Source: Firmicutes bacterium UBA5286 (GTDB lineage: Bacteria > Bacillota > Proteinivoracia > UBA4975). From it: 64,000 nt of DNA. The position numbers and the translations under genes are program-made. The notes under the pieces were generated by a model, which saw only the letters and a list, made by a program, of their open reading frames with translations, ran no database searches and had not been told where the DNA came from. Below, piece after piece: positions 28,322 to 37,891 of the stretch. Each line of letters opens with the position of its first letter. Position 1 is the first letter of the stretch. The stretch is taken from contig DHSM01000008.1 in NCBI GenBank assembly GCA_002408465.1, forward strand, positions 3,187 through 67,186, in the 5' to 3' direction.

Positions 28322-29527
28322 TTATGCAAACAGACCGACTATCCAGTTGCCCAGGTCGACAAAGATCTGACTGAGGTAACGGAGAATCCTTGTAAGGAAA
28401 CTGGCCTTTTCAGCGTTTTCGTTGAGGACCAGATCCACTGCCGTCACCAGTTCCCCATTCTTGTAGTAGGAAAGGGTGCCGACAACATCGCCTTTTCCCA
28501 TGGGGGCTTTCAGATTCGGAAGGATTTCAATCCTTTCCTCGAAGTCTTCCAGTTTATCAGTCCTTGACATCACCAGGGTCACATCCTTGACCGGCACAAT
28601 TTCAGCTTCTTTTTCCTTTGCCAGTTCAATTGAGATGGAGTCAATGACCTCACCGGCCTTTACAGGCACCGAGGGCTGGAACTGGTCGAAAGCCTGAGCA
28701 AGCAGTTCTTTGACCCTTTTGTCCCGCAGGGGAATGGTCTCTTCCCCCATGACGACGACAATATATCGGCGGGAACCTTCTGCGGCGGTAACTGTAATGC
28801 ATCTCCTGGCTTCCGGGGTCCAGCCGGTTTTCAGCCCGTCGATATTGCGCCAGCCAATGAGGCTGGCATAAGTGGAATGCATATCAAAGTAGCCCTGGCG
28901 CACATAGCGTGTCTCCCGCTCCATGCGCAGGAACTTTTTCGAAGAATAATCCAGGATTTCAGGGTACTTTTCCAAGGTCGCCCTGGTAAGAATGGCAATG
29001 TCCCGGGCAGACATAACATGCCCTTCTGTATGAAGGCCATGAGCGTTAATAAAAGTGGTGTTTGTCAAGCCCAGTTCATTGGCCTTTTCGTTCATCATGG
29101 CGACAAAAGCGCTTTCGCTGCCGGCAATGTATTCTGCCAAAGCAATCCCTGCGTCATTAGCGGAGATTATCGCTACGGCTTCCAACAGTTCATCTACAGT
29201 CAGCACTTCTCCAGTTCCCAGAAAGATGGTGGAAGAGCCGTCGGGAAGACTGGAAGCATTGGCGCTGGCTTTAACTTGGTCATCAAGTTGAATTTTTCCC
29301 TCGGCAATGGCTTCAAAGACCAAATGCATGGTCATCAGTTTTGTAATGCTGGCAGGGGGAAGGGGAGCGTCAATATTCTCCGCATAGAGAATCTGACCGG
29401 TTTCAAAATCCATGATTAATGCCGCTGTATTACTTGGCTGCTCTGCGCCAGCAGGCACAGCCATTGTTAATAACAGGGCAACAGTAAAAAGCAGGCAAAA
29501 TGTTTTTTTCATAATTTTCCTCCTCAC
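28322..29527 (-). CDS. D-alanyl-D-alanine carboxypeptidase (DacA/PBP5-like), third paralog in window
   Basis: Signal peptide; SITKLMT (SxxK), SAND (SxN), KTGWT (KTG); C-terminal PBP5 domain. Confidence 0.85.
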   Translation of the reverse strand: MRRKIMKKTFCLLFTVALLLTMAVPAGAEQPSNTAALIMDFETGQILYAENIDAPLPPASITKLMTMHLVFEAIAEGKIQLDDQVKASANASSLPDGSSTIFLGTGEVLTVDELLEAVAIISANDAGIALAEYIAGSESAFVAMMNEKANELGLTNTTFINAHGLHTEGHVMSARDIAILTRATLEKYPEILDYSSKKFLRMERETRYVRQGYFDMHSTYASLIGWRNIDGLKTGWTPEARRCITVTAAEGSRRYIVVVMGEETIPLRDKRVKELLAQAFDQFQPSVPVKAGEVIDSISIELAKEKEAEIVPVKDVTLVMSRTDKLEDFEERIEILPNLKAPMGKGDVVGTLSYYKNGELVTAVDLVLNENAEKASFLTRILRYLSQIFVDLGNWIVGLFA

Positions 29528-29653
29528 CCGTTATGCATAAGACACTTATATAGTATACTGGACAAGCCATGCAAGGGCAACGGAAATAAATCCAAATTAT
29601 TTAACTGGGTTATCAAACTGATTGTTGAATGTAATAAGTAAGGGGGAATATAA

Positions 29654-30619
29654 ATGCGACTCGACACCGAGCAGCTGGAAAAAAAATATTTTTCACCCTG
29701 GGCAGTTCTTAGCAGTCAAAGCAGGGGCCGCTTGGTTCCAGAGCGTCCCTGTGACATTCGCACGGATTTTCAGCGGGACCGGGACAGAATTACCCATAGC
29801 AAAGCCTTTCGCCGTCTAAAGCACAAGACCCAGGTCTTTGTAGCCCCCGAAGGTGATCATTACCGGACCCGTCTTACCCATACCCTGGAAGTGGCACAGA
29901 TTGCCAGAACAGCCGCCCGGGCTTTGCGGCTCAATGAAGATCTGACAGAGGCTATTGCCCTCGGCCATGACTTGGGGCATACTCCCTTTGGTCATGCAGG
30001 CGAAGAGGAGCTGAACGTGATTCATCCTGGGGGATTCTGCCACAACAAGCAGAGCCTGAGAGTGGTAGACCATTTGGAAAAGTTAAATCTGACTTGGGAA
30101 GTGCGGGATGGCATCCTTAATCATTCAGGACCGGATTTGCCTGCAACCCTGGAAGGCATGGTTGTAAGAATCTGTGACCGCATTGCTTATTGCAATCATG
30201 ATATCGACGACGCAGTAAGGGCTGGAATTCTGCGCCTTGAGGACATACCCGCAGATTGCGTTGCAAGTTTGGGACTGGACAATTCATCGCGAATCAATGC
30301 CTTGGTCAAGGCCCTCATCGAAAACAGCCGAGAGGGAGAAATATCTTTGGGCAGCATGGGAGCTGTGCTGGACAAATTGCGTGATTTTTTGTTTGAGGCT
30401 GTATATATTGGCTCCCGTCCCAAAGATGAAGAGAAAAAAGCCAAACATGTGGTCAACAAGGTTTATTTTCATTTGCTCAACAATCCAGGCCTGTTGCCGG
30501 AACCATACTCAGATAATCTGCGTCAGGATATCTGCGACTATATCGCCGGAATGACTGATAGATTTGTGATTGGCCTGTATAAACGGTATTTTTTGCCTAC
30601 TCCTTGGCAAGCCGTTTAG
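29654..30619 (+). CDS. dGTPase-like HD-domain phosphohydrolase (Dgt-like)
   Basis: HSKAFRRL...HTLEVAQI...GHDLGHTPFGH HD motif. Confidence 0.8.
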   Translation: MRLDTEQLEKKYFSPWAVLSSQSRGRLVPERPCDIRTDFQRDRDRITHSKAFRRLKHKTQVFVAPEGDHYRTRLTHTLEVAQIARTAARALRLNEDLTEAIALGHDLGHTPFGHAGEEELNVIHPGGFCHNKQSLRVVDHLEKLNLTWEVRDGILNHSGPDLPATLEGMVVRICDRIAYCNHDIDDAVRAGILRLEDIPADCVASLGLDNSSRINALVKALIENSREGEISLGSMGAVLDKLRDFLFEAVYIGSRPKDEEKKAKHVVNKVYFHLLNNPGLLPEPYSDNLRQDICDYIAGMTDRFVIGLYKRYFLPTPWQAV

Positions 30620-30840
30620 CGAATAATTTACTAAATATTGTCTATAATAAATTTGGTCAGTCTGCATTTTTTTTTAATTTTCGGCAGGATAAATTCACTG
30701 TTAAAGCGAATTAAATAATAGACTGTATCAAGTTCTATTTACCTAAAAAAAATCTATTTCCGGCAGGAGAATAATACTTTTTGTCGAATGTACCTTATTC
30801 TGTGGTCTTTTTTCTCTTTCTCCTCAAAGGGGGGGATATC

Positions 30841-31938
30841 GTGGCTAATCAAGCTGAAAAACTCAAAGAAATTAAACAAGGACTTATCACTCGTGGCAAG
30901 AAACGGGGTATTTTGACCTATAAAGAAATAGCCGACAGCCTTCAGGAAGTTGACCTGACCCCAGAGCTCATAGAATCCTTTTATGAGAAGCTCTCGGGTT
31001 TAGGGATTGAGATAGTTGATAGTGCAGAAGAGGATGAACCTTCGCAGGATATAGATGATGAGAAGGAAGCCGCTGAGGACGACGCGGATCTTTCCTTGCC
31101 AGAAGGCATCAGCGTCACTGATCCTGTGCGCATGTATTTAAAAGAAATCGGGCGGGTTCCCCTGCTGACTGCTGATGAGGAAGTTGAACTGGCTATTGCT
31201 ATGGAAGAAGGAAGCGAAGAGGCCAAGAAGTCTTTGGTTGAGGCTAACTTGCGCCTGGTTGTCAGCATCGCCAAACGCTATGTGGGCAGAGGCATGTCTT
31301 TTCTCGACCTGATTCAGGAAGGCAACCTGGGACTGATGCGGGCGGTGGATAAGTTTGACTATCATCGGGGGTATAAGTTCAGCACTTATGCCACCTGGTG
31401 GATTCGGCAGGCAATTACCAGGGCTATAGCCGATCAGGCCAGAACTATTCGCATTCCTGTCCACATGGTTGAAACTATCAATAAATTGATTCGGGTTTCT
31501 CGGCAATTGGTTCAGGAATTAGGCCGGGAACCTCTGGCTGAGGAAATCGCCGAGCATATGGATATTACTCCTGAAAAGGTCAGAGAAATTTTAAAAATTT
31601 CTCAAGACCCTGTTTCTCTGGAAACGCCAATTGGCGAAGAGGATGACAGTCACCTGGGCGACTTTATTGAAGACCAGGACGCTTTGGCTCCGGCTGATGC
31701 CGCCGCTTTTGAATTGTTAAAAGAGCAATTAGAAGAAGTCTTGCATACCTTGACCGAAAGAGAAGAAAAAGTTTTGCGCCTGCGTTTTGGCCTGGATGAC
31801 GGCAAACCACGGACATTGGAAGAAGTTGGAAAAAGATTTAGTGTTACAAGGGAGCGCATTCGCCAAATTGAAGCAAAAGCTTTAAGAAAACTGAGACATC
31901 CAAGTCGCAGCAAGCGGCTGAAAGATTATCTGGAATAA
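30841..31938 (+). CDS. sigA: Primary RNA polymerase sigma factor SigA/RpoD
   Basis: GTG start after aaggggggg SD; region 1.2, 2 ([19 protein letters not shown]...[10 protein letters not shown]), 3 and 4 all conserved. Confidence 0.9.
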   Translation: MANQAEKLKEIKQGLITRGKKRGILTYKEIADSLQEVDLTPELIESFYEKLSGLGIEIVDSAEEDEPSQDIDDEKEAAEDDADLSLPEGISVTDPVRMYLKEIGRVPLLTADEEVELAIAMEEGSEEAKKSLVEANLRLVVSIAKRYVGRGMSFLDLIQEGNLGLMRAVDKFDYHRGYKFSTYATWWIRQAITRAIADQARTIRIPVHMVETINKLIRVSRQLVQELGREPLAEEIAEHMDITPEKVREILKISQDPVSLETPIGEEDDSHLGDFIEDQDALAPADAAAFELLKEQLEEVLHTLTEREEKVLRLRFGLDDGKPRTLEEVGKRFSVTRERIRQIEAKALRKLRHPSRSKRLKDYLE

Positions 31939-31947
31939 GATTAAGTA

Positions 31948-31976
31948 TTGACTAAGAGTTATTATCCAAGTATAAT
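31948..31976 (+). promoter_or_regulatory. Consensus-like sigma-A promoter TTGACT-N17-TATAAT driving tRNA cluster
   Basis: Seen in sequence ~20 nt upstream of tRNA-Asn. Confidence 0.6.
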
Positions 31977-31994
31977 GGCTAATGTCAGAGATGT

Positions 31995-32069
31995 TCCTCA
32001 GTAGCTCAAGGGTAGAGCAACCGGCTGTTAACCGGTAGGTTGCAGGTTCAAATCCTGCCTGGGGAGCCA
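31995..32069 (+). tRNA. tRNA-Asn (anticodon GTT)
   Basis: Cloverleaf folded by hand: acceptor tcctcag/ctgggga, anticodon loop ctGTTaa, T-loop ttcaaat, CCA encoded. Confidence 0.85.
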
Positions 32070-32075
32070 TTTTTT

Positions 32076-32152
32076 GGGCCTATAGCTCAGCTGGTCAGAG
32101 CAACCGGCTCATAACCGGTCGGTCCCTGGTTCGAATCCAGGTGGGCCCACCA
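32076..32152 (+). tRNA. tRNA with CAT anticodon (elongator Met or lysidine-modified Ile2; cannot discriminate)
   Basis: Acceptor gggccta/tgggccc, anticodon loop ctCATaa, T-loop ttcgaat, CCA encoded. Confidence 0.8.
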
Positions 32153-32155
32153 CAT

Positions 32156-32232
32156 GGCCCCTTGGAGAAGCGGCTTAACTCACCAGCCTTTCACGCTGGC
32201 ATTCAGGGGTTCGAATCCCCTAGGGGTCACCA
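32156..32232 (+). tRNA. tRNA-Glu (anticodon TTC)
   Basis: Acceptor ggcccct/aggggtc, anticodon loop ctTTCac, T-loop ttcgaat, CCA encoded. Confidence 0.8.
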
Positions 32233-32240
32233 ATACAAAA

Positions 32241-32276
32241 GGAACACTGTCTCCTCGGAGGCAGTGTTTTTTTTGG
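32241..32276 (+). terminator. Rho-independent terminator after tRNA cluster
   Basis: cactgtctcc tcgg aggcagtg + tttttttt. Confidence 0.7.
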
Positions 32277-32367
32277 CCTTAGAGGAATTTACATTCAAGA
32301 TATGGAAATATACTATAATGGTATATGTTGCGGAGATGCAATTATGAATGATTTGGGAGTGGTGCTG

Positions 32368-33063
32368 ATGAAACTGACTCCAAGGCTGCAGGCTATTGTC
32401 GACAAGGTGCCGCCAGGTTCGAAGGTCGCGGACATTGGCACCGATCATGCATATATCCCTGTCTACTTGCTGATGAATCACCTGAGTTCAAGCGTCATTG
32501 CCACTGACAGCCGCCAGGGACCATTGCAGGCTGCCGAGGAAACCTTACAGCTCTTCAGTCTAAGTCAGGCAGCAGAGCTGCGGCTCGGGGACGGACTCAA
32601 TGTCCTCAAGGAAGAGGACAATATCGACGTAATCATCATTGCCGGCATGGGCGGTGACACCATTTGCTCAATCTTGGAGGCTGGACTCGCTCTGTTAAAG
32701 AAAAACATCCTCTTAGTTTTGCAACCTATGACCTGTTCCGACTGGGTGCGGACATGGCTGGCGGACAACAAGTTTTCAATAGTCCGGGAGGACGTTGCCC
32801 AGGAAGAGGATCGTTATTACGAAGTAATCGTTGCCCGCTGGTCAGGAAAACCCAGCCTGGCAGGCGAAAAATACCTGACAATCGGGCCGGATTTAGTAGC
32901 CTGCAGACATCCCCTTTTAAAACCCATGCTGCAGCAGAGGCTGGAACGTAAAGAGGCAGCACTGGCCGGGGCTGGGGGAGCAAATTCTTCTGCCGCCAAA
33001 AATAGAATTCTGGAACTGGAAAAGGAAATTCTCTTGCTAAGAGAGGTTATAGCATGGCTGTAA
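32368..33063 (+). CDS. trmK: tRNA (adenine22-N1)-methyltransferase TrmK (YqfN)
   Basis: MKLTPRLQAIVDKVPPGSKVADIGTDHAYIP matches TrmK N-terminus; sigA-trmK-yqfO synteny as in Bacillus. Confidence 0.8.
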   Translation: MKLTPRLQAIVDKVPPGSKVADIGTDHAYIPVYLLMNHLSSSVIATDSRQGPLQAAEETLQLFSLSQAAELRLGDGLNVLKEEDNIDVIIIAGMGGDTICSILEAGLALLKKNILLVLQPMTCSDWVRTWLADNKFSIVREDVAQEEDRYYEVIVARWSGKPSLAGEKYLTIGPDLVACRHPLLKPMLQQRLERKEAALAGAGGANSSAAKNRILELEKEILLLREVIAWL

Positions 33064-34184
33064 AGGCAGGGAAAATCATTGCTCTTCTTGAAGAACTGGC
33101 TCCAGTGGGGCTGCAGGAAGACTGGGACAACTCAGGCTTTCAGGTGGGCAGCCGCCAGTGGACGACAGACAAAATTCTCTTGACCCTGGATGTAACCCCG
33201 GAAGTAATAGAGTTTGCGGCCTCAGAACGATATGGTTTTATCCTGGCCCACCATCCCCTGATCTTTCATAAACTCTCGAAAATTGATGTCTCAACTCCCA
33301 TGGGCTCAAGCATCGCTGACGCCTTAGCCAACAGGATCTGCATTTATGCTATGCACACCAATCTGGATGTAATTCGGGGAGGGGTCTCGGATGCCTTGGC
33401 GGATTTGCTTAATTTAAAGGAAACCCAGGTTTTGGACAAGGGCTCCGGCAAGTACTGCAAGCTGGCAGTCTATGTCCCCGACAGCCATTTGGAGCAAGTG
33501 CGCCGTGCTCTGGGGGATGCAGGGGCAGGCGGGATCGGAAATTACTCTCATTGTTCTTTTGCGGCCCCGGGCAGGGGACAGTTTCTCCCCCTGGCAGGTG
33601 CCAACCCTTGGTATGGCAGACAGGGGGAATTATCTGAGGTTTCTGAACACAAATTAGAAACTGTTGTCCAACGAAGTCAGCTAACTGTGGTTCTGGCTGC
33701 AATGAAAAAGGCTCACCCCTATGAAGAAGTTGCTTATGACATTATTCCCTTGGAAAATGAGGCCAATTTCGGATTGGGGCGGATTGGCCTTTTGCCGGAG
33801 CCCATGACTTTAGAGGACTTTGCTTCTTTCCTGGGTAAATTGCTGGGCTGCGCCGCCCTGAAAATTTGCGGAGAACGGGGAAGGCTAATCAAGAAGGCAG
33901 CAGTTTGCGGAGGGAGTTGCGGCAGCCTTGTTTCTCTGGCGCATAATCGCGGCGCTGATGTGCTGGTGACGGGAGATATCGGCCATCATACTGCCCTGGA
34001 AGCGGCTCAACTGGGTTTGGCGCTAGTGGATCCTGGGCACTATTGCAGTGAGTATCCCGTCTTAAATGTTCTTGAATCGTATCTGATACACAATTTGCAT
34101 GAGATTGCTGTTTCCAGATTTCCCGGCAAGACAGACCCCTTGTGGACACAAGCTGCAAAATCGGAAAAGGGAGGGGAGATTTAA
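33054..34184 (+). CDS. Nif3-family dinuclear metal centre protein (YqfO/GTP cyclohydrolase 1 type 2 homolog)
   Basis: N-terminal ...LAPVGLQEDWDNSGFQVG and C-terminal His-rich motifs of NIF3 family, with PII-like insert. Confidence 0.8.
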   Translation: MAVKAGKIIALLEELAPVGLQEDWDNSGFQVGSRQWTTDKILLTLDVTPEVIEFAASERYGFILAHHPLIFHKLSKIDVSTPMGSSIADALANRICIYAMHTNLDVIRGGVSDALADLLNLKETQVLDKGSGKYCKLAVYVPDSHLEQVRRALGDAGAGGIGNYSHCSFAAPGRGQFLPLAGANPWYGRQGELSEVSEHKLETVVQRSQLTVVLAAMKKAHPYEEVAYDIIPLENEANFGLGRIGLLPEPMTLEDFASFLGKLLGCAALKICGERGRLIKKAAVCGGSCGSLVSLAHNRGADVLVTGDIGHHTALEAAQLGLALVDPGHYCSEYPVLNVLESYLIHNLHEIAVSRFPGKTDPLWTQAAKSEKGGEI

Positions 34185-34186
34185 AT

Positions 34187-34906
34187 ATGAATTACCTTAA
34201 CGAGATGTGGCAGCTGCAGAATATTGAGGTAGAGATGGTCAAACTGCGCAAGGAATGGACTGAGATCAAAGAGTGGCTGAACAGGGAAACTGGCGAGGAC
34301 CTGGCTGAAATTCAAGCAGGCATCAATGAAGCCAGAGAACAGTGGGAACGGACCAAGGAAGAATATGAAGAAACCACTTCCGAAATTGAGGCAATCGGAC
34401 GCAAGCTGGAACAGTTTAACAGTCAGCTGTATGAGGACGGCAGCCAGAGCAAGGAATTGGTCTCAATTCAGCAAAATATTGAACAGCTCCGCAGACGCAA
34501 GCGCACTTTGGAAGATCAGCAGTTGAGCTCGATTGAACAGTTAGACGACTTGGAACAAAAAATAGCCAATGAAACTGTTCGCTTTCAGCGCCTGGACGAG
34601 CAAAGGAAATCCAGGCTCACCCGCCTGACGGAGCGCAGGGATGAGATTCGGGAAAGATATAAAATCCTAAAAGATCAGAGGGAAGATTTGCGCAGTATCA
34701 TTCCCAGCTTCATGATGGTCATTTATAATGATTTGGTAGCCCAGGGAAAACGGCCAATGGCAATTCTGCAGGATGAAAACTGCAGCGGCTGCGGCATTGC
34801 CCAGACTGTGCTCAGTGTAAACGCTTTGAAAAAGGGCGGACAGTATACTCGCTGCAGCAACTGTGGCCGAATATTAATTGCCGGCGATGCTGGGGAGCAA
34901 GAGTAA
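34187..34906 (+). CDS. Zinc-ribbon domain protein with long coiled coil (COG1579/DUF164-like)
   Basis: Coiled-coil body, C-terminal CSGC...CSNC zinc ribbon. Confidence 0.65.
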   Translation: MNYLNEMWQLQNIEVEMVKLRKEWTEIKEWLNRETGEDLAEIQAGINEAREQWERTKEEYEETTSEIEAIGRKLEQFNSQLYEDGSQSKELVSIQQNIEQLRRRKRTLEDQQLSSIEQLDDLEQKIANETVRFQRLDEQRKSRLTRLTERRDEIRERYKILKDQREDLRSIIPSFMMVIYNDLVAQGKRPMAILQDENCSGCGIAQTVLSVNALKKGGQYTRCSNCGRILIAGDAGEQE

Positions 34907-34917
34907 GGGAGATTATT

Positions 34918-36042
34918 ATGGCTGATGAACAAGTAAAAGTACTATTAACCGGAGGCGGCACGGGCGGACATATCTACCCGGCAATTGTTATTGCTGATGA
35001 GATTAGGCGCCTCAACCCTTCCGCCCAGATCCTCTTCGTAGGCACCAGGCGCGGTTTAGAAAGCAAGGTTGTTCCCCGACTGGGGTATGAGATTAAATAC
35101 ATCGATGTGCGCTTTTTGGTCCGCCGATTGACCTTGAAGAACTTTGTAACCATATATAAAGCTCTGACTTCAGTCTTCGCCTCACAAAAAATAATCCGGG
35201 AATTCAAGCCCGATATTGTAGTGGGGACCGGCGGCTATGTTTCCGGTCCGGTGGTCTTGGCGGCCGCAATGTTAAAAGTGCCCACGCTCATTCATGAACA
35301 AAATGCTTTTCCCGGCCTTACCACCAGGCTGCTGTCCGGACGGGTGACTCGGGTGGCAGTGAGTCACGCCGCTGCTGTCAAACGCCTTAAATCCGGGGCG
35401 GCAGCTGTGGTTACAGGCCATCCCGTGCGCCGGGAATTTTTTGAAGGCGATTCCAGCCAGGCCCGTCAGGAAATGGGTTTGCAAGACAAACAAAAATTGG
35501 TTATTGTGGTGGGCGGCAGCGGCGGCGCTCTCAAGCTTAACCAGGTTACACTGGCTGCGGCCAAGGAGATTTTAGCCAATCCCGACCTTGTCCTCATTCA
35601 TATTACCGGCAGCCGCTATTATCAATGGGTCAGTGAGGAGCGGGAAAAGATGAATCTCAACCCGGACCTGGCGGCAAGATACCGTCTCACCGACTATCTC
35701 CACGACATGCCCCGGGCGATGGCGGCCTGTGATCTCATTGTCGCCCGTTCCGGGGGAATGGTCCATGAAATGACGGTGACCGGTTGTCCTGCGCTGCTGG
35801 TACCCTCGCCAAATGTCACCGACGATCATCAGCTGCACAACGCCCGTTCCATGGCGGAAGCGGGAGCGGCTCTGGTAATGGAAGAGACTGAGCTGTCGGC
35901 AGAGAGTCTTGCCCGGGAAATCAGGGCCCTCATGAACGATCCCCTGAGTCTGGAAAAAATGGCTGTCGCGGCAAAAGCTTTGGGCAAGCCGGAAGCAGGC
36001 CGCCGCTTGGCTAAGATAATTATGGAAATGGCTAAAAAATAA
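34918..36042 (+). CDS. murG: Undecaprenyldiphospho-muramoylpentapeptide beta-N-acetylglucosaminyltransferase MurG
   Basis: LLTGGGTGGHIYPAI N-terminal motif, GT-B fold C-terminal half. Confidence 0.85.
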   Translation: MADEQVKVLLTGGGTGGHIYPAIVIADEIRRLNPSAQILFVGTRRGLESKVVPRLGYEIKYIDVRFLVRRLTLKNFVTIYKALTSVFASQKIIREFKPDIVVGTGGYVSGPVVLAAAMLKVPTLIHEQNAFPGLTTRLLSGRVTRVAVSHAAAVKRLKSGAAAVVTGHPVRREFFEGDSSQARQEMGLQDKQKLVIVVGGSGGALKLNQVTLAAAKEILANPDLVLIHITGSRYYQWVSEEREKMNLNPDLAARYRLTDYLHDMPRAMAACDLIVARSGGMVHEMTVTGCPALLVPSPNVTDDHQLHNARSMAEAGAALVMEETELSAESLAREIRALMNDPLSLEKMAVAAKALGKPEAGRRLAKIIMEMAKK

Positions 36043-36116
36043 AACTTTCATTTTCTAAAATTGACACAGATTGACTTTGCTAATCAAGGACATCTGTGTT
36101 AATCTATTAAAGGAAA

Positions 36117-36472
36117 AGCTGAGTAAGCTGGGCAGCCGCAATTTTAAAAAAAATTGAGGAAAGTCCGGGCTCCACAGGGCAGGGTGCTGGATAACATCCA
36201 GTAAGGGTGACCTTAAGGAAAGTGCCACAGAAAACAGACCGCCTCCGCATGCCGGAGGTAAGGATGAAACGGTGCGGTAAGAGCGCACCAGCAGTCAGGT
36301 GACTGGCTGGCTTGGTAAACCCCACCCGGAGCAAGACCAAATAGGAGGGAATGAGGACGGCCCGTCCGCCCCTCGGGTATGGTCGCTTGAGCTGCTAGGC
36401 AACTGGCGGTCTAGATAGATGGCTGCTGCCTCGGAAGGGGTACAGAACCCGGCTTATACGCTTGCTCAGCTG
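36117..36472 (+). ncRNA. rnpB: RNase P RNA (rnpB), bacterial type A
   Basis: Universal motifs GAGGAAAGTCCGGGCTCC, ACAGAAAACAGACCGCC, GGTGCGGTAAGAGCGCACC, CCACCCGGAGCAAG.CCAAATAGG, ACAGAACCCGGCTTA; P1 pairing agctgagtaagc/gcttgctcagct. Confidence 0.9.
36352..36469 (+). repeat. 118-nt 3' segment of rnpB, copy 1 (part of intact gene); direct repeat with 38909-39026
   Basis: 117/118 identical to copy 2 by eye. Confidence 0.9.
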
Positions 36473-36486
36473 TATGAAAATTTTAG

Positions 36487-36514
36487 CTCTGTCCATGAGG
36501 CAGGGCTTTTTAAA
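36487..36514 (+). terminator. Hairpin + T-run immediately after rnpB copy 1
   Basis: gctctg tccatgagg cagggc ttttt. Confidence 0.4.
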
Positions 36515-36654
36515 TTCCAGAAAGGCAATGAACCGAAACTTTATGACAGGAAGCTTAATGGTCCTACAGGAAAATTATTTCCGGTAAAAGAAGGATAATG
36601 ATTAACTAAGCCGAATGGTTCTTTATTGCAGTAAGTTGAAAGAGGGTATGTACG

Positions 36655-37425
36655 ATGCACACAGAAATTCCATTAATAAATATTCTTTGGACAGGAGGGT
36701 GGGATTCAACTTACCGGGTACTGCATCTTTCCCGTATGAATGTCATATTACAGCCCCATTATATTATCTGCGACAATAGACGGTCTATTAAATTTGAACT
36801 TGAGGCCATTAACAAAATTACTGATGACATTTTAAATGACACTAGGACACAGTGTGTTTTTAAAACAACAATAATTACTCATGAAAAGGATATTCCCCCT
36901 GATGAAGAAATAGCTAACGCGTTTCGCAGTATTAGGCAATCAGTTTTAATTGGGCCTCAGTATGATTACCTTTCACGATACGCGAAGACAGTGGGCAATC
37001 TTGAGATTGGCATTGAAAAAGGTGGCCTCGCCGAAGACATGATGAACAAGTTTGGAAAATTAACTTATGTTGAAAACAATGGTCTAAGCTATTGGGAACT
37101 TGACAAATCCGCATCTTCCGCTGCCTTGTTTAAGGTTTTCGGTTATTTTCGTTTCCCTATATACACCTTGTCAAAGTTGAACATGAAAGCTGAAGCTGAG
37201 AAACTCAGGGTTATGGATATCATGGAGAAAACTTGGTTTTGCCATTTTCCCCATAGTGGGCTCCCTTGCGGATGTTGTTTTCCATGTAAATTTACAATCG
37301 AAGATGGACTTGATTATAGATTGCCAAAACAAGCCCTTCGTCGCTATAGTGTCGAAAAAAAGTTTGGGAAACATAAACTGTATCAGCTAATTAAACGTTT
37401 TCGCAGGAAATTACTTAACTACTAG
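36655..37425 (+). CDS. QueC-like PP-loop ATPase (7-cyano-7-deazaguanine synthase homolog), orphan, low-GC
   Basis: PP-loop variant ILWTGGWDSTY near N-terminus; C-terminal zinc-binding C-x8-CGCCFPC as in QueC; no queD/queE/queF nearby. Confidence 0.6.
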   Translation: MHTEIPLINILWTGGWDSTYRVLHLSRMNVILQPHYIICDNRRSIKFELEAINKITDDILNDTRTQCVFKTTIITHEKDIPPDEEIANAFRSIRQSVLIGPQYDYLSRYAKTVGNLEIGIEKGGLAEDMMNKFGKLTYVENNGLSYWELDKSASSAALFKVFGYFRFPIYTLSKLNMKAEAEKLRVMDIMEKTWFCHFPHSGLPCGCCFPCKFTIEDGLDYRLPKQALRRYSVEKKFGKHKLYQLIKRFRRKLLNY

Positions 37426-37430
37426 TATCT

Positions 37431-37468
37431 AATGTCCTTAATGTGAGCTACATTAAGGACATTTTTTC
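37431..37468 (+). terminator. Rho-independent terminator after QueC-like gene
   Basis: aatgtccttaatgt gagctac attaaggacatt tttt. Confidence 0.6.
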
Positions 37469-37741
37469 AATAATGACTGAAAATCGTAACGCAATTTAGG
37501 CAAAGATATCTACATGTCTCTTTTCCACAGAGGATAGTTAAGAGCTTTGTTGCGTTGCCGAAGCATAATAGATACTGAAGGAATCCCGATTATTATTTCA
37601 GAAAAACTGAATTCTATTGAATTAGGGGGCTAAACTAAATAAAACTATAATGACTTTTTTTAGTCTTCAAAATATATATTTTAAAAAAAGGGAAAGCTAG
37701 CACTCCTGTCGAAACAATATTAAAATTAAAAGGAGGTAATT

Positions 37742-37891
37742 TTGGCAAGGTACTGCAAATTGGTTTTTGTTGTGATAGTTTTTTGTATTTTACTTACTAC
37801 TGCTTCTGCTTCACCAGTTACACAGTATAAGTATTTCTGGGACATTGAGTACTACAATGGTTGCCTAATCAGCAATATATCTCTGCACTGA
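37742..37891 (+). pseudogene. Signal-peptide-encoding 5' fragment of M23 peptidase gene, out of frame with catalytic domain (possible frameshift)
   Basis: TTG start 5 nt after aaaggaggt; encodes hydrophobic signal peptide ...VFVVIVFCILLTTASA; terminates at TGA 37889-37891 while peptidase frame opens at 37861. Confidence 0.4.
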
